Shown one piece after another: positions 57,916 to 64,000 of a DNA stretch of 64,000 nucleotides. Source of the DNA: an uncultured Acidobacteriota bacterium (GTDB lineage Bacteria; Acidobacteriota; Vicinamibacteria; Vicinamibacterales; 2-12-FULL-66-21); contig CAVRYF010000014.1 in assembly GCA_963725325.1 (NCBI GenBank), positions 810,390 through 874,389 on the forward strand. Direction: 5' to 3'. The number at the start of each line of letters is the position of its first letter. Position 1 is the stretch's first letter. A model generated the notes under the pieces. That model did not search any database. It was given only the letters and a program-made list of their open reading frames with translations, and was not told the DNA's origin. A program made the translations under genes and the position numbers.

Positions 57916-59193
57916 TCAGATCTCCCCGCGCGCGGCCGCGAGCTCGAGCGTCTCGTCACTGGCCTCGTTGAACTCGCCTTCCCATTTCGCGACGACGACC
58001 GTGGCTAGGCAGTTGCCGACCACGTTGACCATCGTCCGCGCCATGTCCATGAGCTCGTCGACGCCGAGGATGAGCGTCACGCCCTCGAGCGGCAGCCCGT
58101 ATCTAGCGAGCGTGCCCGCGAGGATGACGAGCGACGCCCGGGGCACACCCGCGACGCCCTTGCTCGTCAGCATCAGCGTCAGGAGCATCGTGATTTGCTC
58201 GCCGATGGACAACTGGACGCCGGCGGCCTGCGCGACGAAGATCGACGCGAGCGACAGGTAGAGCGTCGTCCCGTCGAGGTTGAAGCTGTAGCCGAGCGGC
58301 AGCACGAACGCGACGATCCGGCGAGGCACCCCCAGCCGCTCGATGACCTCCATCGCGCGGGGCAGCGCCGCTTCGCTCGAGGTAGTCGAGAACGCGATAA
58401 TCGCCGGCTCCTTCACCGCCTTGATGAACTTCCGGATCGGCACCTTGAAGATGAGCGCCACCGGCAGCAGGACGAGCAGGACAAACGCCGTCAGCGCGAG
58501 GTAGAGCGTGGCGACGAGCCAGGCGAGGTTTACCAGCACGCGCAGCCCGCCGTGCCCGACCGTATACGCGATCGCCGCGCCGACGCCGATCGGCGCATAG
58601 TGCATGACGATGTTCGTGAACTTGAACATCGTTTCGGCAACGGCCTCGCACCACGCGACAACCGGCCGGCCCTTCTCCCCAATCATGCCGAGCGCGATGG
58701 CGAAGAGAATGCTGAAGACGACGATCTGCAGCACGTCGCCTTCGGCCATCGACTTGATGACCGAGTCCGGCACCGTGTGCAGCAGGATCTGGTCCCAGGT
58801 CTGTGCCACGGCCGTGATCTCGGACTTCTGGCCCATCGGCAGATTGACGCCGACGCCAGGCTTCATGACGTTGACCGCCACGAGCCCAATGACGAGCGCG
58901 AGTGTCGTGACGATCTCGAAATAGATGATCGCCCGCAGCCCCATCCGGCCAACGACCTTGACGTGGCCGGCGCCGGCGATCCCGGCGACGAGCGTCGCGA
59001 AGATCAGCGGCGCGATGATCATCTTGATCAGGCGCAGGAACAACTGGCTGAACGGACGGAAGTAGACGGCGGCGGCGGGGTTGTACTCGCTGACCAACCA
59101 GCCGGCCACGATGCCGAGCGCGAGCCCGATGAAGATCTGTTGCGTCAGGCTCGGTCCCCGCCGGGGCGGGGTCTGGCTATCGACGTGAGCCAT
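57916..59193 (-). CDS. Dicarboxylate/amino acid:cation symporter (DAACS, GltP/DctA-like)
   Basis: Typical motifs are FLRLIKMIIAPLIF, AFSTTSSEAALPRAME, LDGTTLY and VDELMDMARTMVNVVGN. Confidence 0.9.
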   Translation of the reverse strand: MAHVDSQTPPRRGPSLTQQIFIGLALGIVAGWLVSEYNPAAAVYFRPFSQLFLRLIKMIIAPLIFATLVAGIAGAGHVKVVGRMGLRAIIYFEIVTTLALVIGLVAVNVMKPGVGVNLPMGQKSEITAVAQTWDQILLHTVPDSVIKSMAEGDVLQIVVFSILFAIALGMIGEKGRPVVAWCEAVAETMFKFTNIVMHYAPIGVGAAIAYTVGHGGLRVLVNLAWLVATLYLALTAFVLLVLLPVALIFKVPIRKFIKAVKEPAIIAFSTTSSEAALPRAMEVIERLGVPRRIVAFVLPLGYSFNLDGTTLYLSLASIFVAQAAGVQLSIGEQITMLLTLMLTSKGVAGVPRASLVILAGTLARYGLPLEGVTLILGVDELMDMARTMVNVVGNCLATVVVAKWEGEFNEASDETLELAAARGEI

Positions 59194-59210
59194 GCGGAAG
59201 TGACCCTTGC

Positions 59211-59338
59211 AATGCTGAATGCTGAGTGTTGAATGCTGAAGTGAATGCTGAGGTAGCTAGGTTACTGCGAACGTCGAACGTGAGTGTGAATCTGGACTTC
59301 AGCATTCACTTCAGCACTCAGCATCAGCATTCAGCATT
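59211..59338. repeat. Imperfect long inverted repeat built from AATGCTG heptamers (complement CAGCATT on the right arm), with CGAACGT x2 in the loop
   Basis: The left arm is AATGCTG AATGCTG AGTGTTG AATGCTG AAGTG AATGCTG AG (59211-59252). The right arm is CTTCAGCATTCACTTCAGCACTCAGCATCAGCATTCAGCATT (59297-59338). An exact 18-nt pairing joins 59234-59251 to 59299-59316. An exact 12-nt pairing joins 59211-59222 to 59327-59338. Confidence 0.85.
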
Positions 59339-59398
59339 CCCCGAGCGGCCGAGGCGGCAGATTATCACACCCCTGCAGGGGTGCCAGAGGCGCCCAGG

Positions 59399-60163
59399 CT
59401 AGAGAAAAAGCGTGCGTGCGGTCAGCTCCCGGGGGTCGAGTCCCGCGGCTCGCGCGAGGCCGCGCTGGGCGGGCGGGAGGTCGGTGGGGAATCGCCACTC
59501 GTCGGCGCGCCCGCCGGCGCGCTCGACCGCGGCCTGCCAGTCTCGCCACCAGGGCAGCGAGCGGCGGGCTATGGGCTCGACGACGAGGACTCGAGCGCCT
59601 TGCGCATGCGTCTCGAGCAGCCACGTCAGCAATATCGCGCGGCCGCCCGGCGGGAGCTCGTTGGCGGCGTAAGCCGCGACAACGGCGCTGCCGCGGCCCA
59701 ACCCATTCCCAGTCCGCTTGTGCAGCACTCCGGGTTCCGCGATGTTGGCCTGCACGGCCCGGCCATGCAGCTGAAACTGTCGATAGGTCCAGTTCGTTTC
59801 CGCAATCGCCCAGGGGTGACGGTCGAACGCGCGAATCGACCGCGATCCCGCTGCCAGCGCCCATGCGGCGCCAGCCGCACCGGTTCCGCAGCCGAGATCG
59901 ATCACTTCGGTGATGTTTTCGATGGCTGATGGCAACTCCTTGAGGATCTCCCGCGTGATGAGGAGGTGCTGCGGGCCGTAAAAAAGCGCAAACGCCGCGC
60001 GCTTGCCCTTCGACGACAGGGCACCACCTTCGGCGAGCTTGTCCCTCCGCTCGACGTAGCACGACGAGAGTGCGCGCAGTGCGCGGCCGACCTCGCTCAG
60101 GGTGAGGTCGGCAAGGTGGCGGCGCTCGAGCGCCTCGAGCCAGGCGGCAGTCAGTGGATCCAC
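59399..60163 (-). CDS. Class I SAM-dependent methyltransferase (Rsm22-like)
   Basis: The SAM motif I is VIDLGCGTGAAG. It has an N-terminal helical region and a C-terminal basic segment. Confidence 0.7.
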   Translation of the reverse strand: MDPLTAAWLEALERRHLADLTLSEVGRALRALSSCYVERRDKLAEGGALSSKGKRAAFALFYGPQHLLITREILKELPSAIENITEVIDLGCGTGAAGAAWALAAGSRSIRAFDRHPWAIAETNWTYRQFQLHGRAVQANIAEPGVLHKRTGNGLGRGSAVVAAYAANELPPGGRAILLTWLLETHAQGARVLVVEPIARRSLPWWRDWQAAVERAGGRADEWRFPTDLPPAQRGLARAAGLDPRELTARTLFL

Positions 60164-60265
60164 TTGTGAGAGACTAAAGTCACTTCAGGAGGCGACTTGG
60201 AGCCTGTAACGTGTTGTAAAACAATGAGTTGAAAAGATACGCTCTTTGCAGTGCAATAGCAGGCC

Positions 60266-60559
60266 ATGGTTGTGTCCCGGGTGATGTTGCTCCTCTTTCT
60301 GACGGCTCAGGGCTTCGATGGCCTCTTCACCTACACGGCTGTCCACGCCTACGGGCTCCATGCGGAGGGCAACATGGTCATCGCTACGTGGATGGCCCTC
60401 GTCGGTCCCGCCGCGGCACTTTTCGGCGCCAAGACCGTGGCTGGCGCGTGCGGTGTGCTGCTCTACGCGCGCGGCCTGCATCGGACACTCTCCCTCCTGA
60501 CGATCGTCTATCTCGTCGGCGCCATCGGTCCCTGGCTGATGGTGTTCGTCAATCATTAG
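60266..60559 (+). CDS. Small membrane protein (DUF5658-like, 4 helices)
   Basis: MLLLFLTAQGFDGLFTYTAV...EGN resembles the DUF5658 pattern. The ORF is hydrophobic. Confidence 0.5.
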   Translation: MVVSRVMLLLFLTAQGFDGLFTYTAVHAYGLHAEGNMVIATWMALVGPAAALFGAKTVAGACGVLLYARGLHRTLSLLTIVYLVGAIGPWLMVFVNH

Positions 60560-61790
60560 CTGCTCGCGGCTGGCTGATGGCTGCTCGCGGCTCGATCTTT
60601 CTACACACGGCAATCAGGGCGACGTACGCGATCAACCCGGCGATCGTGTACACCGACCAACCGCGCGCGAGATTGAAGCCGGTTCTTCCGAGCGTCAGCG
60701 GCGAGAGGCCGGTGGTAAGCACTGCCGCAGTCCAGAACGCGCAGCGTCCCGCTCGACCGAGCAGTCGTCGATCCTGACTGTCGTAGAGAATCAGGAACGC
60801 AGGGAACAACAGCGTCCAGTAATGATCCCATGCGATCGGAGAGAGCAGGATCGCGAGAGCCGTTACTGCGGCGACCTCGGTCGGGACTGCACTCGGACGC
60901 CGCGGCGTCCTGACGATAATCACGGCCAGTGCCGCGGCGAGCAGGACCGCCAGGGCGCCGAAGAGAATTATCGTCAGCGGCGCTTCTGCTCCAACTCTGA
61001 TGCCCGCGGGATCGACGCTGGCTGACGAGGGGCCCAGCGTAAGCCGATCGAGCGCGGCTATGAGCGACTGGTTGTTGCCCCGAATCGGCCAGCCGCTGTT
61101 GCCCAGCCGCCAGAACGTTCGCGCGAGATCGGAGAAGCCTGCGACGCCGTAGATCGCTGTCGGCATCACGACCGACAGCACGAACGCCGAGGCTGTCGCT
61201 GTGATGGCTGCGGTCCAATGGCGCCGCGCCGCGAGATACAGGATCATGAGCGCTGGAAACGCCTTCAGCGCCGTCGCGATCCCAACCAGAAGACCGGCGA
61301 CGGCCGCCGACCCGAGCGTCAACTGCCAGGTCGCGCCGGCAAGGAGCGCGAGCAGCAGGGCATTCATGTTCTGGTGCTCGAAGTTGGTCTGAAGCGGCAG
61401 CAGAATCGCGACGAGCGGCGCGAAGAGCATGGGGAGCCACGACCGCGCCGGCAGTCCGATCCGTCCGCGCGCCGCGTCCCATGCCTTCAGACTCAGCCAG
61501 ATGCCCAGGCCGAGACACCCGAGATTGAGCGCGTGCCAGAGGAGCTTGGCCCCAACCGGACTCGTGGACGCCACGGCCGCGAACGGCGCGAAGAACATCG
61601 CCTGGAACGGCGGACCGATGAACCCCGCGGCGGCGCTGCTGCCGGCGTAGAGCGGCTCGGCGTACAAGACTCGCCGTCCTCCTTCGAAGAACACCGCCGC
61701 GTCGCCTCCTTTATTGAGGGCGTTCGCGGTATTGAGGATCGAGAAGAGGACCGCGAGGAGAGCGAGCAGGCGGGAGGATGTGCGGGACAC
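60549..61790 (-). CDS. Polytopic glycosyltransferase, family 87 / DUF2029-like
   Basis: Features are ...NKGGDAAVFFEGGRRVL..., ...QNMNALLLALLAG... and KAFPALMILYL, with about 10 helices. I place the start at GTG 61790 (VSRTSSRLLALLAVLF). The track ORF continues to 62414 only because the repeat tract lacks stops. Confidence 0.65.
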   Translation of the reverse strand: MSRTSSRLLALLAVLFSILNTANALNKGGDAAVFFEGGRRVLYAEPLYAGSSAAAGFIGPPFQAMFFAPFAAVASTSPVGAKLLWHALNLGCLGLGIWLSLKAWDAARGRIGLPARSWLPMLFAPLVAILLPLQTNFEHQNMNALLLALLAGATWQLTLGSAAVAGLLVGIATALKAFPALMILYLAARRHWTAAITATASAFVLSVVMPTAIYGVAGFSDLARTFWRLGNSGWPIRGNNQSLIAALDRLTLGPSSASVDPAGIRVGAEAPLTIILFGALAVLLAAALAVIIVRTPRRPSAVPTEVAAVTALAILLSPIAWDHYWTLLFPAFLILYDSQDRRLLGRAGRCAFWTAAVLTTGLSPLTLGRTGFNLARGWSVYTIAGLIAYVALIAVCRKIEPRAAISQPRAAND

Positions 61791-61804
61791 GTCTATGAAA
61801 GTGT

Positions 61805-61957
61805 GAAGTCTGACGTACGAAGTCTGAAGTTGGGAAGGACGAAGTTGGGAGTTTGAAGTAGAAGCGGCAAGTAAGCGGGAAGCGGGAAGTCGGAAGTGGG
61901 AAGTCGGAAGTGGGAAGTCGGAAGTGGGAAGTCGGAAGTGAAGTGGGAAGCTGGAAT
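61805..61957. repeat. GAAG-initiated heptamer tract; core is eight perfect alternating GGAAGTC/GGAAGTG units (four perfect 14-bp units, 61884-61939)
   Basis: Read directly: GGGAAGTCGGAAGT occurs 4 times. It is flanked upstream by degenerate GAAGTCT, GAAGTTGG, GAAGCGG and AAGCGGG units, and downstream by GAAGTGGGAAGCTGGAAT. It lies in the divergent region between the starts at 61790 (-) and 62016 (+). Confidence 0.9.
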
Positions 61958-61972
61958 CCGCCCTCGCTTCCG

Positions 61973-62012
61973 AAGACTCTTGACAGAGTCTTACAATTTG
62001 TAAGACTCTGTC
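61973..62012. promoter_or_regulatory. Probable PadR operator: perfect 31-bp palindrome (61982-62012) overlapping a second 8-4-8 palindrome (61973-61992)
   Basis: GACAGAGTCTTACAA-T-TTGTAAGACTCTGTC ends 3 nt before the PadR ATG. The half-site AAGACTCT occurs at 61973 and 62002 and its reverse complement AGAGTCTT at 61985. A TACAAT hexamer is at 61992-61997. Confidence 0.6.
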
Positions 62013-62015
62013 GCC

Positions 62016-62324
62016 ATGAAGAGCGCGCGGCTGCCCACCCTCTCGGCCAAGGAGCGCATCGTCCTCGAGTTGCTTGTCTCGTCGGGCGGGAGGTACGGGC
62101 TGCAACTGGTCGACGAATCCCGCGGGCGGCTGAAGCGTGGAACCGTCTACGTCACGCTCGGCCGGATGGAGCAGAAAGGGCTCGTCGAATCGCGTCACGA
62201 GCCCGCGACGCGCGAAGAGGACGCGCTCACCCGCCGCATGTATCACGCGACCGGACACGGCCGGCGGGTCTTGGATGCCTGGAACCTCGTGGCGCGGACG
62301 CTGGCGCCGGAGCCGGGCCGATGA
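62016..62324 (+). CDS. PadR-family winged-helix transcriptional regulator
   Basis: ERIVLELLVSSGGRYGLQLVDESRGRLKRGTVYVTLGRMEQKGLVESR is the typical PadR wHTH pattern. Confidence 0.85.
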   Translation: MKSARLPTLSAKERIVLELLVSSGGRYGLQLVDESRGRLKRGTVYVTLGRMEQKGLVESRHEPATREEDALTRRMYHATGHGRRVLDAWNLVARTLAPEPGR

Positions 62325-63280
62325 CGAACACGCGAGTGCCGGGGGCGCGATTGCGTCGATTCGCGGAGCGGACGTTCGATCGCCAGACGCTCGACCGCGT
62401 GGTGCAGCCGGCAATCGCGGATCTGCAGCACGAGTGCGTCGGAGGAGCGGCGTTCGTTCGGGCTCGAGCTTATGTCGGGGTCTGGAAAACGTTCTGCGTG
62501 TGTCTCGTCGGCGATGCAGTGCGAGACCGCCAGGGCTGGACTCGATCGATCGCCGCCCGGACTGTTCTATACCTGCTTCTGCTGGCCGGCCTGATCTTGC
62601 TGCCCGGGATCGGCTGGTGGCGCTCGTTCGCGGATGCTCACGGCCGGAGCACGGCGGCCGCGGCGGCAGCTTTCTTCCTGCCAGCCACCCTCGTCATGGC
62701 GCTGCCGATGGCGTTCTTCCTTGCCATCGCCTTGCGGCGTTCCGATGATGGGCCGAGGCTCGTGGGGCTCATCCCGGCAACGATCGCGGCCGCAACAGCG
62801 TGCGCCGTCGTCATCCTCTGCGGCGTCATGTTCTTCGTGCCGTACACCAACCAGGCGTACAGAGAGGTCGTCTTCAACGCGCTCTCCCCCTCAATCGATA
62901 ATGCCCCGCGGGTCCTCAGCAAAGGGTTGCCGGAGATGAACTGGGTCGAGTTGAACGAGCACATACGCTACGCTCCGAGCAGCCGTCAGGAGGCCCTCGC
63001 GCGTGCGCACCGGCAGTTGCGGTTCGCGATGTCAGCCTCGGCATTCGTACTCGCCATGCTCGGTCTTGGACTGACTCGCCGCTGGCGCTCGCGGACGGCT
63101 ACGGCTGCCGCGGCGTTGGTTGTACTTCTCGTGTACGGCACGTTCCTCTTCCTCGGGCACGAGATCGACGGTGGCGGATATCCATCTGCCTACAGTGTGT
63201 GGGCGGCGAACCTCGCTTTCGCTCTCGCCGGGCTGCGTCTCCTGCGGTCAAGGCGGGACTGGACCGACGTGGCCGCATAG
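62321..63280 (+). CDS. PadR-linked integral membrane protein, LptF/LptG (YjgP/YjgQ)-like permease lacking the periplasmic domain (tentative)
   Basis: An ATGA overlap joins it to the PadR stop. It has six hydrophobic helices in a 3+3 arrangement. The segment LPEMNWVELNEHI...RAHRQLRFAMSASAFVLAMLGLGL resembles, from memory, the conserved LptF/G segment preceding TM4. The upstream part of track ORF 61910.. is discounted. Confidence 0.6.
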   Translation: MTNTRVPGARLRRFAERTFDRQTLDRVVQPAIADLQHECVGGAAFVRARAYVGVWKTFCVCLVGDAVRDRQGWTRSIAARTVLYLLLLAGLILLPGIGWWRSFADAHGRSTAAAAAAFFLPATLVMALPMAFFLAIALRRSDDGPRLVGLIPATIAAATACAVVILCGVMFFVPYTNQAYREVVFNALSPSIDNAPRVLSKGLPEMNWVELNEHIRYAPSSRQEALARAHRQLRFAMSASAFVLAMLGLGLTRRWRSRTATAAAALVVLLVYGTFLFLGHEIDGGGYPSAYSVWAANLAFALAGLRLLRSRRDWTDVAA

Positions 63281-63294
63281 CTGGAGCGCGACGA

Positions 63295-64000
63295 ATGACG
63301 ACGGAATTGCGCCGGCCGGGATCGCGGCTGCGGCGGTTCGCCGAGCAGACGTTCGAGCAAGAGACCCTCGACCGCGTCGTGCTGCCGGCGATCGCGGATC
63401 TGCAGCACGAGTGCGTCGAGGGGGCTTCGTTGACCGTGCGCCTGCGCGCCTATGTTGGCGTGTTGAAGGCGATGGCGATGTGCAAGATCGGAGACACCAA
63501 TCGCCACGCGCGTCCGACCTTCAAGAGGGTGTCAAAGCGCATGGCGATCATCGTTCCGATCGCCATGTTCGCTGCCATGGTTCCAACGTTGAACATCGCG
63601 TTCAACGGACGGCACTCACCTGGCTGGTTTCTGTGGACCTCTACGCCACAAGCTTTCGCGTTAGCGCTTTTGGTCGCGTATTACTTCTCCGTGACGCTGG
63701 AACAATGGCCGACGTCGCCGCGTCGCTTGCTGCCGGCCATTTCTGCCATGTCGTTGGTTTGCACGCTTGTGATGCTGAGCATGACGATGTCGATCCTGCC
63801 GCTCGCGACTCAGTCGTATCGAGCGTCGGTCGCCGAACGCCTGCGTGCTGCTGGTCGAACCGCCCAGGCGGAGACCGTGACACTCGGATCATCGGAGTGG
63901 ACGTTCACGGACTTAATCCGCCATGCGGCGAGTGCGTCGCCTGCCGACCGTGCGCGCGCCCGTCAGGAGTTCGCGAAGCGGCTGACGACGGCAACGATGC
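63295..64000 (+). CDS. Paralogue of the preceding membrane protein (3' end outside window)
   Basis: It is not in the ORF track because no stop occurs before the window end. Manual translation from ATG 63295 is open to 64000. Its N-terminus SRLRRFAEQTFEQETLDRVVLPAIADLQHECV is near-identical to ARLRRFAERTFDRQTLDRVVQPAIADLQHECV of the upstream gene. Confidence 0.65.
   Translation, partial: MTTELRRPGSRLRRFAEQTFEQETLDRVVLPAIADLQHECVEGASLTVRLRAYVGVLKAMAMCKIGDTNRHARPTFKRVSKRMAIIVPIAMFAAMVPTLNIAFNGRHSPGWFLWTSTPQAFALALLVAYYFSVTLEQWPTSPRRLLPAISAMSLVCTLVMLSMTMSILPLATQSYRASVAERLRAAGRTAQAETVTLGSSEWTFTDLIRHAASASPADRARARQEFAKRLTTATM

Noticed and set aside
61910-62320. Upstream part of plus-strand ORF 61910..63280 (MGSRKWEVGSEVGS...)
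   Set aside because: It starts inside the repeat tract and overlaps the PadR gene in another frame. The ATG at 62321, with its ATGA overlap to the PadR stop, and the paralogue alignment support the shorter gene.
61791-62414. N-terminal ~200-codon extension of the minus-strand ORF 60549..62414 across the heptamer tract and the PadR gene
   Set aside because: The extension translates the repeat tract (FPLPTSDFPLPTSHFRLP...) and runs antisense to a good PadR gene. The membrane protein proper begins near GTG 61790.

Overview
This is a high-GC bacterial chromosomal segment (roughly two-thirds G+C by eye), densely coding on both strands with about 50 genes. I saw no rRNA, tRNA, CRISPR array, transposase, integrase or prophage. 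The gene content suggests an Acidobacteriota-like soil bacterium, which is an inference: a duplicated orphan MacB/FtsX (ADOP-type) permease, PadR and BlaI/BlaR1-type regulators, large multidomain Hanks kinases, and secreted GH43, acetyl-xylan-esterase and phytase-like enzymes. Clearly recognisable genes include prfC, an RND efflux operon (TolC, adaptor, pump), mscL and an aldo/keto reductase. Also recognisable are an M24 peptidase, APC and DAACS transporters, a tandem CNNM/CorC pair and a SWIM-SNF2 helicase. A pyruvate:ferredoxin oxidoreductase operon is bracketed by GltD-like and DHOD-like genes.

The observations most worth a second look are:
1. A BlaI/BlaR1-type module has ten HEAT repeats in place of the usual sensor domain. 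It is followed by a second two-block HEAT protein and an orphan permease (46.0-53.2 kb).
2. Three intergenic elements (53.2, 59.2 and 61.8 kb) are all built from direct repeats of GAA-core heptamers. Two form long inverted repeats and share an identical flank.
3. A PadR gene has a perfect 31-bp palindrome at its start codon and is followed by two paralogous LptF/LptG-like permease genes.
4. Four perfect in-frame 30-bp tandem repeats sit inside the SNF2 helicase.
5. PFOR is embedded in a split dihydropyrimidine-dehydrogenase-like electron-transfer pair.
6. There are two unusual Ser/Thr kinase architectures.

All domain calls rest on motifs read by eye and on remembered family features. No database search or alignment was run.
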